From NCBI GenBank assembly GCA_963764625.1, contig CAVXTH010000006.1, positions 448,001 through 512,000 on the forward strand: DNA of 64,000 bases, read 5' to 3'. Shown one piece after another: positions 27,093-35,576 of this stretch. The translations under genes were made by a program, and so were the position numbers. Numbering within the stretch: the stretch's first letter is position 1; each line of letters opens with the position of its first letter. The stretch comes from Candidatus Krumholzibacteriota bacterium. Its GTDB lineage: Bacteria; Krumholzibacteriota; Krumholzibacteriia; JAJRXK01. The notes under the pieces are model-generated. The model was not told the origin of the DNA. It did no database searches and worked only from the letters and a program-made list of their open reading frames with translations.

Positions 27093-27812
27093 TTAGACGT
27101 CCAGGAGAGAGAGATCCTCGGTGTCGCCGCCAGGCCCCCAATAGGCTTCCTCGGTTCGCGGCGCCCGCGGGGCAAAGAAGAATAGCGCTAAGATGGCACT
27201 CAGCAACAGACCAGCAAGAAGGACGGGAATCCACCAGGCGATCGGCCCCGTCTGCAGATTCTCGCGGAGATCGTCCCAGCTATGAGCTTCCACTGGATTC
27301 AACACGATTTTCAGCGACCATGCCAGGAGAAGTACTGCGTAGATCACCCAGTAATTGCGAGTGAACCTGGCCCTCAGGGCCGACAACAAGGTGATCTTGA
27401 ACTGGGGATTGAGAAGATCCGCCGCCACCCGCTGCCCCCAGGCCTCATCCGGGCTGACCGGATCCCGCCGCAGGATGGGCCCGTAGAAATTCTCCTCGAT
27501 CATGCGCACCCGGGCCCTCCACACGTCGAAAAAGCGGAAGCGCCGCGCTTCGTAGCCGAGCAGGGCGCTGACGAGCAGGAACCCCACCAAGAGACTCCAG
27601 TGTGAATGCCCGGTGGAGCTGAAGGAATAGCTCAGCAGTCCGGCGGTCGTCAAGATGGCCCAATTCGTCGTGGTGTCCAGCCGCAGACGCCAGGCGTTGG
27701 CCCGGTACAGCTCTCCTCGATAGAGGTGTACGACCGCCGTCACGTACTCGGCACGGCTGAGCGCTTGGCTTTCGTAGTCCGCGCGACCTGTCTGCTCAGT
27801 GACCACCGTCAT
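27093..27812 (-). CDS. DUF2270-family integral membrane protein
   Basis: HLYRGE...WRLRLDTTTNWA, EARRFRFFDVWRARVR signature; about 4 TM segments. Confidence 0.8.
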   Translation of the reverse strand: MTVVTEQTGRADYESQALSRAEYVTAVVHLYRGELYRANAWRLRLDTTTNWAILTTAGLLSYSFSSTGHSHWSLLVGFLLVSALLGYEARRFRFFDVWRARVRMIEENFYGPILRRDPVSPDEAWGQRVAADLLNPQFKITLLSALRARFTRNYWVIYAVLLLAWSLKIVLNPVEAHSWDDLRENLQTGPIAWWIPVLLAGLLLSAILALFFFAPRAPRTEEAYWGPGGDTEDLSLLDV

Positions 27813-27830
27813 ACTCCTTTTCCCGGCGTT

Positions 27831-27860
27831 ACTCTAGCCTGATAAGGCCCTGCTCTTCAA
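27831..27860 (-). promoter_or_regulatory. Candidate sigma70 promoter of the DUF2270-spt operon
   Basis: Minus strand TTGAAG, 18 nt spacer, TAGAGT, followed by an AAGGAG RBS before ATG 27812. Confidence 0.5.
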
Positions 27861-27936
27861 CAACCGTTGCCAAGCGAAGCGAGCCAGCGCATCCTCAGAC
27901 CTGACTCTCGCGGAGGCGCCGGGCGCGCTTTGGGAT

Positions 27937-29052
27937 ATGCGAATCCTCGAGTTGGGAAAATTCTACCCCCCGGTGCGTGGCGGGATGGAGAGCGCGCTCG
28001 AGCAAATCTGCTTGGGTTTGAGGGGCCATGGACACCGGATTCTGGCCCTGGTTTCGGCCGACGGAAGACGGCCCAGCCTGCGCCTCGTGCGGGGAGTGGC
28101 GGTTTGGCGACTCGCGCGCTGGGGTCAGCTTCTGAGCGTTCCCCTGAATCCCCACCTCGCCAGGGCCCTGCACCGAGCCCAGTGGGGGTTTCGTCCCCAG
28201 CTGGTGCATCTGCACCTGCCCAACCCCTCGATGGCGCTCGCCTGGCTGCTCTTCGGCGACCCGCGCTTGCCCTTGGTGGTCAGCTACCACAGCGACATCA
28301 TTCGACAGCGGCGCTGGAAGTGGCTCGTGGAGCCGTTGCGCCAGCGCGTTCTGGCACGTGCGGCGAGAATCGTGGTGACCAGCGAGGCCCTGAAAAGCTC
28401 CAGCCAGAGCCTGACGGGGCACCGCGCGCGCTGTATCGTCATTCCTCTGGGGGTCGACGTAAACGCGATCACCCCCGGTCCGCCGCTGAACCCGGAGACC
28501 CTTCCCTTCCCTCGCTACTTTCTCTTCGTCGGCCGCATGGTGTACTACAAAGGTCTGGAGATCCTGCTCGCCGCCCTTCAGGAGGAAGAGATGCCTCTGG
28601 TGGTAGTGGGGGAAGGGCCGCTGCGAAGGCGCTGGGAGGAGCAAGCGCGGGCGCGAGGGATGATCGCCCGGGTGCACTTCGCGGGCGAAGTCTCCCCCGA
28701 GAGGCTCGATACCCTCTACCGCGGCTGCATCGCCCAGGTGCTTCCCAGTACGGCGCCGAGTGAGACCTTCGGCCTGGTGCAGCTGGAAGCCATGGCCCGC
28801 GGAAGACCGGTGGTGGCGGCGCGCGCCTCCGGTGGGGTGGTCTCGGTCCAGGAAGAGGGCGTCACCGGCCTCTTGGTTCCGCCGGGCGACGCCCCCTCGC
28901 TCGCATCCGCGCTCCGGACACTCTGGGACGACCCGGAACGTGCCCACGCAATGGGGGCTGCGGCCCGGGAGCGGGTGGTGGCACAGTTCGATCAGCGGCG
29001 GAGAATGGCGGAAATGGCGGGGGTCTTCCAGGAGCTGGTGCGTGATGGATAG
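27937..29052 (+). CDS. GT4-family glycosyltransferase
   Basis: GKFYPP.RGGME, HLHLPNP, YHSDI, FVGRMVYYKG, ETFGLVQLEAMA. Confidence 0.9.
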   Translation: MRILELGKFYPPVRGGMESALEQICLGLRGHGHRILALVSADGRRPSLRLVRGVAVWRLARWGQLLSVPLNPHLARALHRAQWGFRPQLVHLHLPNPSMALAWLLFGDPRLPLVVSYHSDIIRQRRWKWLVEPLRQRVLARAARIVVTSEALKSSSQSLTGHRARCIVIPLGVDVNAITPGPPLNPETLPFPRYFLFVGRMVYYKGLEILLAALQEEEMPLVVVGEGPLRRRWEEQARARGMIARVHFAGEVSPERLDTLYRGCIAQVLPSTAPSETFGLVQLEAMARGRPVVAARASGGVVSVQEEGVTGLLVPPGDAPSLASALRTLWDDPERAHAMGAAARERVVAQFDQRRRMAEMAGVFQELVRDG

Positions 29053-29902
29053 TCAAGATCAGGTTCGGTTTCTCACCCCGTGGACTCTGCTGCTCCCCGC
29101 CGGCGGGGGACGGGTTCTCACCGCGGTGGGCAGCGGGGGCAAGAGCGCACTCCTGGACCGCCTGTACCGCCACTATCGCGCCGAGGGGTTCAGCGTGCTG
29201 TGGACGCAGACGGTGGATCACGCTCCTCCTAAGGGCCTGATGGCCAGGAGCGACTCGGCTCCGCTGGACGAACTGCGGAGGGAGTTTCGCCATCACGCCG
29301 CGCTGTTCGTGGCGGGGGAACGCGATGCGGAGGGACACGCGCGCGGGCTTTCGGCCTTGAGGGTGGAGGAGCTTCGCCGCGCCCTCGCCCCCGAGGTGGT
29401 GCTGGTGGAAGCCCAGGCCAGGCGGGACAGCGCCGCGCTGGCAGAGCTCGGGCCGCCGGAGTGGCCCGCGCCGGTTCATCTGGTTTTCGCGGTAGCGGGC
29501 TTGCAGGCAGTGGGAAGAATCCGAAGCCATGGCACCGAGGGTGCGCTTCGCTCCGAGCTGAGCGTAGAGGGCGACCCGCCGCTGCGCGTTTGCACCCAGG
29601 ACGTACTGCGCCGCTTCACCGCCCCCGGTGGGCTTCTCGATCTCGTCCCGCAGGGAGTGCCCTGCTTGCCCTTCCTCGCCGGTCTCGGGAGCTTCCGTGA
29701 CCTGGACGGGATGTTCGAGCTGGTGGCGACACTGTGGGAGGACACGCGCGTGAAAGCGGTTTTGCTGGGTGAACTGATCGGGCAGGAACGAATCGACGCG
29801 GCGGAAGAGGCGGCAGCGGCTCCGCTGGGAGGTGCTCCGCATCTCTCAGGGGAACGCGTCTACGCTCTCTATCCTTCGCGGTTGGACGAAGCATCCGAGT
29901 AG
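29045..29902 (+). CDS. YqeC-like P-loop protein (divergent)
   Basis: VLTAVGSGGKS and VVLVEAQARR resemble YqeC GxGGKT and VEADG motifs. ATG 29045 overlaps the GT4 end. Confidence 0.5.
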   Translation: MDSQDQVRFLTPWTLLLPAGGGRVLTAVGSGGKSALLDRLYRHYRAEGFSVLWTQTVDHAPPKGLMARSDSAPLDELRREFRHHAALFVAGERDAEGHARGLSALRVEELRRALAPEVVLVEAQARRDSAALAELGPPEWPAPVHLVFAVAGLQAVGRIRSHGTEGALRSELSVEGDPPLRVCTQDVLRRFTAPGGLLDLVPQGVPCLPFLAGLGSFRDLDGMFELVATLWEDTRVKAVLLGELIGQERIDAAEEAAAAPLGGAPHLSGERVYALYPSRLDEASE

Positions 29903-29906
29903 GAAG

Positions 29907-29935
29907 TTGTCGCGTGCTCGCTCGCTCCCTATACT
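29907..29935 (+). promoter_or_regulatory. Candidate sigma70 promoter for the DnaQ-WYL gene
   Basis: TTGTCG, 17 nt spacer, TATACT. Confidence 0.6.
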
Positions 29936-30030
29936 GACGCGCGTCGAGACGATCCCGAAGCAGAGCGTCTCCCACACCAACTCGCCCCACGTCATCACAA
30001 TCTCGCCGTTTAGTGCAGAAGGAGTCCTGC

Positions 30031-30882
30031 GTGCCTCAGATTGGAATCAATGAGCCGCTGCGCGAACTCGAGTTCGTCGCGTTCGATACCGAAACCACCG
30101 GGCTCTCCGCCGCGATGGAGCGCGTGGTGGAGCTCTCCGCCGTGCGCTTTCGATTTGACGGAACGCAACTCACAAGCTTCGACGAACTGATCGATCCGAA
30201 GCGGCCCATTCCCCCCGACGCGGCACGGATCCACGGGATCAGCGACGCCATGGTGCAGGGGAAGCCGTCTGTAGACGAAGTACTGCCCCGCTTCCTGAAA
30301 TTCTGTGAAGGCGCGGTTCTGCTGGCCCACAACGCGGAGTTCGATCTCGGCTTCCTCGTACACGAAGCGGCGCGAGGTGAGATCACTTTGCCCACGCCGC
30401 CCGTGCTGGATACCGTCGAGATTTCGCGACGGCTTCGTCCAGATCTACCCAATCACAAACTGGCGACGATCGCGCGCGCCCTGGGCTGTGAGCCGACCAC
30501 CTACCATCGAGCGCTCGCCGACGCCGAGACTCTCAAGTCGAGCTTTCTGAAACTGATGGAAGAGCGACACCAGCAGAGCACTCTCGCCGATCTTCTCAAC
30601 GACACCGGGAGCGCGTTGACCTTCGGCTGGCCCGATCGCACGCGAGCCTGGTTGCCTCCGCGGCTGCGCGCCATCGACGACGCCATGATGTCCGGGAGCA
30701 AGGTCACCATCGTCTATCGACCCGAGGGACATCGCGAGGAGGCCCGCGAGATCGTGCCGCGCGCGTATTTGCGGCGCCCGGGGGTCACCTTTCTCATGGG
30801 CCGACTCGACGGGGGCGCGGATCGGAATTACCGCCTTGCGTGGATCGTGCGGGCTCATATGGCCCAGGCCACCCTTTTTTGA
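30031..30882 (+). CDS. DEDDh 3'-5' exonuclease (DnaQ-like) with C-terminal WYL-like domain
   Basis: FDTETTG, AHNAEFD, HRALADA; C-terminal VTIVY...REIVP...RNYRLAWI WYL-like pattern. GTG start after AGGAG. Confidence 0.82.
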   Translation: MPQIGINEPLRELEFVAFDTETTGLSAAMERVVELSAVRFRFDGTQLTSFDELIDPKRPIPPDAARIHGISDAMVQGKPSVDEVLPRFLKFCEGAVLLAHNAEFDLGFLVHEAARGEITLPTPPVLDTVEISRRLRPDLPNHKLATIARALGCEPTTYHRALADAETLKSSFLKLMEERHQQSTLADLLNDTGSALTFGWPDRTRAWLPPRLRAIDDAMMSGSKVTIVYRPEGHREEAREIVPRAYLRRPGVTFLMGRLDGGADRNYRLAWIVRAHMAQATLF

Positions 30883-30974
30883 TCGGCCGCTCGGTCGCGG
30901 GTGGCCTCAATGGCGGGAACCGCCCAAGCTGAGCGCACATATAAGGGAGAGACTGGCGGCGTGGGCCTCGAAGA

Positions 30975-31004
30975 TTGACAGGTGGGCGATTCCCCATTTA
31001 GATT
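30975..31004 (+). promoter_or_regulatory. Candidate sigma70 promoter for the TPR gene
   Basis: TTGACA, 18 nt spacer, TAGATT. Confidence 0.6.
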
Positions 31005-31080
31005 GCCGCGATTCCAACTCCTCGAAATCGACCGCTATTCTCGGTCATCATTCCACGTTCGTTTCGGAGGTTCGTGAACC

Positions 31081-32220
31081 GTGAAGTCTCTCGCAATCAG
31101 TGTCCGGGCCGGCGCCATCCTCTTCGTACTCATGCTCTTCAGTGCCGGAGCCGTCCTCGCCGAGTGCTCACCGAGTGAAATGGCGGCCGCTCGCCAGGCC
31201 TACGATACCGCGTACGCGTTCGTGCAGCAGGGGAAGTGGAATACGGCCATCCGGAGCCTCGAGAAAGCGCAAGAGCAGTGTCCCGACCACTGGCAGAGCA
31301 AGGAGCTTCTGGCGCAGGCCTATCTGCGCACCAAGGACTATGAAAAGTCCGTGGTGGAATACAAGGCGCTCATTCAGGGAAAGTACAAGGGCTCCGTGGA
31401 CAGCACCGAAACTCGCGTGCTCTCCGGTTACGGTTTCGCTCTCTTGAAGGCGGAGAACGTCAAGGACGCCGAGGCAGTCTATCTTGCCTACATCAAGAAG
31501 GACCCGAGAAACGAAGATCCCTACAAGCGAATCGTCTACGTCTACGAGGCAACCAAGCGCTACGACGACGCCATCAAATACGAGAAGAAGCTCTATGAGA
31601 TGAATCCGGAAGAGCACGAGTACACCAAGAAGATCGGCGATCTCTATCTGAAGAAGGGTGACAACGCGTCAGCCCAGGAATGGTATTCGAAGGCCGCCGC
31701 CGAGGGCATCGCGACGCGCGGCGCCTACGAGCTCGGCCTCGAACACATGAAGGCCGGCCGCTTCGAGGCCGCCGCCAAAGCCTTCCAGGATTACGTGTCC
31801 GGGAAGCCGAAGAATGCATCCGGCTGGCAGAATCTGGGCTATTGCTACACCAAGATGGGGCAAAACAAGAAGGCGATCGAAGCCTACGAGACTGCACTTT
31901 CCATCGAGGCGGGACGCCACAGCGTCGCCGCGAGTCTCGGGTTTCTCTACCTCGAAAACCAGCGAGTCGACGACGCGGAGAAGATCGCCCGCGACGCCAT
32001 CGACAACTGGCCTTCGGACGACTCCAAGAAACCGGGGATGTACTACCTGATGGGACAGGTCCTGGAGAAGAAGGGCGACTACCTCTCGGCCATCGGCAGT
32101 TTCAGCAATATCCTGGATGATCCCCAGTGGGGTGATCGGGCCGCGGCACAGGTCGATCGTCAACGCCAGCTCATCGCGATCCAGAAGGCCCGGGAGGAGC
32201 AGAAGAAGCAGGGCGGTTGA
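31081..32220 (+). CDS. Exported tetratricopeptide-repeat protein
   Basis: Signal peptide (AVLA-E) and multiple TPR-like repeats (LAQAY, WQNLGYCY, YYLMGQV). Confidence 0.85.
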   Translation: MKSLAISVRAGAILFVLMLFSAGAVLAECSPSEMAAARQAYDTAYAFVQQGKWNTAIRSLEKAQEQCPDHWQSKELLAQAYLRTKDYEKSVVEYKALIQGKYKGSVDSTETRVLSGYGFALLKAENVKDAEAVYLAYIKKDPRNEDPYKRIVYVYEATKRYDDAIKYEKKLYEMNPEEHEYTKKIGDLYLKKGDNASAQEWYSKAAAEGIATRGAYELGLEHMKAGRFEAAAKAFQDYVSGKPKNASGWQNLGYCYTKMGQNKKAIEAYETALSIEAGRHSVAASLGFLYLENQRVDDAEKIARDAIDNWPSDDSKKPGMYYLMGQVLEKKGDYLSAIGSFSNILDDPQWGDRAAAQVDRQRQLIAIQKAREEQKKQGG

Positions 32221-32223
32221 GAC

Positions 32224-33363
32224 TCAGCTATTCCTCTGCTGGGGAGGGGGAGCGATCCAGTCTTTCGTCTTCATGAGCTCGGTCATGAAGGCCTTGTCCT
32301 CTGGCCGGGGTTGAGTATCCAGCAGATGCTGCCGGTACTCGTTCTCGGCCAAACGGACGCCATCCACGCTCCAGCATTCCCCACCGTGATCTCCGATCCG
32401 CCGGCAGTACTTGAGGTCGGGAAGGGTGAAGTCGTCCCATTCGGCCGGCTTCACTTTGTTGAGAGTGTCGACGACCTGCCGCACTTCCGCGAGATACTTG
32501 GACCGCGCGTTTTCGTTCAGGTTCTCCTTGTCGAGGTTCTCCTTCTCGCGGGTCTTCCGCTCGTCGTAGCGCCCCTTGATGCCCCACACGTAGCCCCACT
32601 GCGCGCTCGAACTGTGATCGGTTCCGAAGAGATCGTAGGCGGTCGAAAGCCATTTGTTCAGGTAGCGCTGAATGATGTGCTGGGGCACGACGCCTGCCTG
32701 AACCACGCGGCGCAGGCCGGCATTTCCCGTCCCCAAGTGGAACGCCTCTTCCTTCAGCATGGGACCCATGCTGCGCGCGAGAGGGGAGAAGGAGGAAGTC
32801 GAGAGCATGTTGAGCTGGAACTTGCCGTCCCGGTCCACGAAATTCGTGTAGACGAAGAAGTCGAGCCAGTTGTCGACATCTTCGTTGAAGGATCCCAACA
32901 GGCGCTCACGTTTCCAGGCCCTGCGTTCGAGCAGCTTGACCGCTTCCCGCTTTCCCTGTTCACCGAAGTGACTCACGAGAACGTGGCACATCTGCCACCC
33001 GTGACGCATCTCCTCAGCGTTGATGCGCACCAGACTGGAGAGGTCGTAATCGCTGGGCGCGGTGTCCACCAGGTTCTTCTGCTGTTCGACCGAAGCGAAC
33101 TCGGTGTCCCCCTGGTAGACGATCAGGGTGAGCAGGGCATCGCGAATTCGCTGGTCGGGGATCTCGATCAGGCGCTCCCAACGGGGCCGGCCGGCGAAGT
33201 CTCCGTACTCGATCTCGGTCGTGGGCAGATCTCCGTACTTGGCCGAGAAGTCGAATTCGTGGAGCTTCATGAGGGACTCGTCGTAGCCGATGTCCTTGCG
33301 CCACTGGTGGAAGAGATCGGTCCATTCGTCGAAGGTGGAGACGGTCTGGGCGTGGAGAACCAT
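32224..33363 (-). CDS. BoxB/PaaA-like ferritin-fold diiron aryl-CoA epoxidase subunit
   Basis: QGDTEFASVEQQ, EEMRH, FVDRDGKFQL, EEAFH (two ExxH motifs) parallel benzoyl-CoA epoxidase BoxB. Confidence 0.78.
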   Translation of the reverse strand: MVLHAQTVSTFDEWTDLFHQWRKDIGYDESLMKLHEFDFSAKYGDLPTTEIEYGDFAGRPRWERLIEIPDQRIRDALLTLIVYQGDTEFASVEQQKNLVDTAPSDYDLSSLVRINAEEMRHGWQMCHVLVSHFGEQGKREAVKLLERRAWKRERLLGSFNEDVDNWLDFFVYTNFVDRDGKFQLNMLSTSSFSPLARSMGPMLKEEAFHLGTGNAGLRRVVQAGVVPQHIIQRYLNKWLSTAYDLFGTDHSSSAQWGYVWGIKGRYDERKTREKENLDKENLNENARSKYLAEVRQVVDTLNKVKPAEWDDFTLPDLKYCRRIGDHGGECWSVDGVRLAENEYRQHLLDTQPRPEDKAFMTELMKTKDWIAPPPQQRNS

Positions 33364-33405
33364 GCGGGGGTCCTTTGGGCTAAGGAGAGCGGCAGAATCC
33401 AAAAC

Positions 33406-33458
33406 CGAACGATTGTTCGAATTTTTCTCAGGATAGCGCCGACCGGGCCCAGCGGCAA
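33406..33458 (-). promoter_or_regulatory. Promoter plus palindromic operator for the BoxB-like gene
   Basis: Minus strand TTGCCG (33458-33453), 17 nt spacer, TATCCT (33435-33430); palindrome CGAAC-GATT-GTTCG at 33406-33419 just downstream of the predicted start site. Confidence 0.65.
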
Positions 33459-33568
33459 GTCGGAGGGGCATGCTGCGACTTGGAAAACTGCGGCCTGATT
33501 GTTAGGGTATGGCCCGTGATGAGCCGAGTTGGACCCCCACCGGGGCTGGGTGGCCCGGAAAGAGATCG

Positions 33569-34087
33569 ATGAGTCTGGCGTACTTGGCCTTGGGGAGCAA
33601 CCTGGGATCCCGGCGGCTTGCACTCGCGCGGGCCATCGAGGGCTTGCGACGCCTTCCGGGGACTCGGATTTGCGGCATCAGTCGCCTCTACGAGACAAGC
33701 TACCAGGGCGCCGGGCAACAACGCCCCTACCTCAACGCCTGTCTCGTCTTGGAGACTTCGCTCTCTCCGGGTAGCCTCCTGGAGGCCGGGCAGGAGATGG
33801 AGCGCCTGGCTGGTCGTCAGCTCGACGGACACATGAAGCCGCGCCCGCTGGACGTCGACCTTCTTCTGGTCGACGACCTGCGCCTGAACGGGGCTCGGCT
33901 TTCCCTTCCTCATCCACGCATGCACGAGCGACGCTTCGTCTTGCAACCCCTGGCGGATCTGGCCCCGGACCTCCGCCTCCCCGGGCACGAGCTGCCCGTG
34001 CGCCGGCTACTCGAGGAACCGAGCGTGCGCCGGCAGGGACTGCAGGAAGCCGCGCGGGGACGGTGGTGGGAGGTGAAGGAAGAGTGA
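33569..34087 (+). CDS. folK: 2-amino-4-hydroxy-6-hydroxymethyldihydropteridine diphosphokinase
   Basis: YLALGSNLG, SRLYET, YLNA, PRPLDVDLL, PHPRMHERRFVL. Confidence 0.92.
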   Translation: MSLAYLALGSNLGSRRLALARAIEGLRRLPGTRICGISRLYETSYQGAGQQRPYLNACLVLETSLSPGSLLEAGQEMERLAGRQLDGHMKPRPLDVDLLLVDDLRLNGARLSLPHPRMHERRFVLQPLADLAPDLRLPGHELPVRRLLEEPSVRRQGLQEAARGRWWEVKEE

Positions 34088-34740
34088 CCATCCAGGAGTC
34101 TCCTTGGCGCTACATCGTGGTCGAAGGAGTCATCGGGGCAGGCAAGACCAGCCTGTGCCGTCTGCTCTCGGAGAGTTTGGGCGCGGGCCTCACCCTGGAG
34201 GTGGTGGAGGAGAATCCCTTCCTGCCCAAGTTCTATCAGGATCGAGCGGCCTACGCCTTCGTCACCCAGAACTTCTTTTTGCTCAGCCGCTACCAGCAAC
34301 AGATGAAGCTGGTGCAGATGGACCTCTTCGAGAGTAGTCTTGTCGCGGACTATCTCTTTGCCAAGGATCGCATCTTTGCTAACATCAACCTCAGCGACGA
34401 CGAGCTGCGCCTGTACGAGCGTTTGGCGTCCATCTTGGAGGAGCGGGTCCGGCGACCCGACCTGGTGGTTTACCTGCAGGCCAGCACCGAGGTCCTCATG
34501 ACGCGCATCCGCTGGCGCGGCCGCAGTTACGAGCGAGACATGGATGTCGACTACATCCAGACCCTCAACGAGGCCTACAATTACTTCTTCTTCCACTACG
34601 ATGAGACGCCCCTGCTCATCGTGAACACGAACGAACTCGACTTCGTGAAGAACCGCGACCACTATGGGGATCTGCTGCACCGGATTCTCCAACCCTTCAC
34701 CGGAACGCAATACTACGTTCCCTCGTGGAAAGAGGAATGA
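34084..34740 (+). CDS. Deoxynucleoside kinase
   Basis: EGVIGAGKT, ENPFLPKFY, DYLFAKDRIFA, PDLVVYLQA; typical position between folK and panB. Confidence 0.9.
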   Translation: MTIQESPWRYIVVEGVIGAGKTSLCRLLSESLGAGLTLEVVEENPFLPKFYQDRAAYAFVTQNFFLLSRYQQQMKLVQMDLFESSLVADYLFAKDRIFANINLSDDELRLYERLASILEERVRRPDLVVYLQASTEVLMTRIRWRGRSYERDMDVDYIQTLNEAYNYFFFHYDETPLLIVNTNELDFVKNRDHYGDLLHRILQPFTGTQYYVPSWKEE

Positions 34741-35576
34741 TGACCAAGACCACGCGTCTGGATCTCCTCCGTTCCAAGAAAGACCATCGTAAGATCGCAG
34801 TCGTCACCGCCTACGACTATTCCACCGCGCGGTTGGTGGACATGGCCGAGGTGGACGTGATCCTGGTGGGAGATAGTCTGGGGAACGTCATCCAGGGGCA
34901 CGAGAGCACTCTGCCGGTGACCCTGGAGCACATGATCTATCACGTCAGCTGCGTGAGCCGCGCGCGTCCGCGCGCCATGATCGTGGGCGATCTTCCCTTC
35001 GGGACCTTTCAGCGCGGACCCCAAGTGACTCTGGACGCCTCCATCCGTTTGATGCAGGAAGCCGGAGCCGAGGCGGTGAAGATCGAGGGAGCGGGGGCCA
35101 GGCTCAGCTCGATCGAAGCGGTGGCGGGCCAGGACATTCCGGTCTGGGCCCATCTGGGGCTGACCCCTCAATCGGTGCACCAGTTCGGCGGTCATCGCGT
35201 GCAGGGAAAGGAAGCCGACTCGGCGCGGTCCATCCTGGAGCAAGCCCGCCGGGTGGAATCGGCTGGTGCGTGTGCGCTCGTGCTCGAGTGCATTCCCTAC
35301 GAGCTGGCCGGAGAGATCACCCGGGCCCTGAAGATTCCCACTATCGGCATTGGAGCCGGCCCCGAATGTGACGGACAGGTTCTGGTCTTTCACGACCTGC
35401 TGGGCTTCGACCAGAGTTTCGTGCCCCGTTTCGTGAAGCAGTACGCGCAGATGGAAGAGCTGATTCCCCAAGCTCTCGCGCGATTCGTGAGTGAGGTCCG
35501 CGATGGAAGCTTTCCCACTCTCGAGCAGAGCTATGCTTCGGCGCAGGAGCTCGCGAAAAAAGCCAGGAGGCGTTGA
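34737..35576 (+). CDS. panB: 3-methyl-2-oxobutanoate hydroxymethyltransferase
   Basis: TAYDY, LVGDSLG, VKIEG, HLGLTPQS, GIGAG, DGQVLV. Confidence 0.95.
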   Translation: MMTKTTRLDLLRSKKDHRKIAVVTAYDYSTARLVDMAEVDVILVGDSLGNVIQGHESTLPVTLEHMIYHVSCVSRARPRAMIVGDLPFGTFQRGPQVTLDASIRLMQEAGAEAVKIEGAGARLSSIEAVAGQDIPVWAHLGLTPQSVHQFGGHRVQGKEADSARSILEQARRVESAGACALVLECIPYELAGEITRALKIPTIGIGAGPECDGQVLVFHDLLGFDQSFVPRFVKQYAQMEELIPQALARFVSEVRDGSFPTLEQSYASAQELAKKARRR

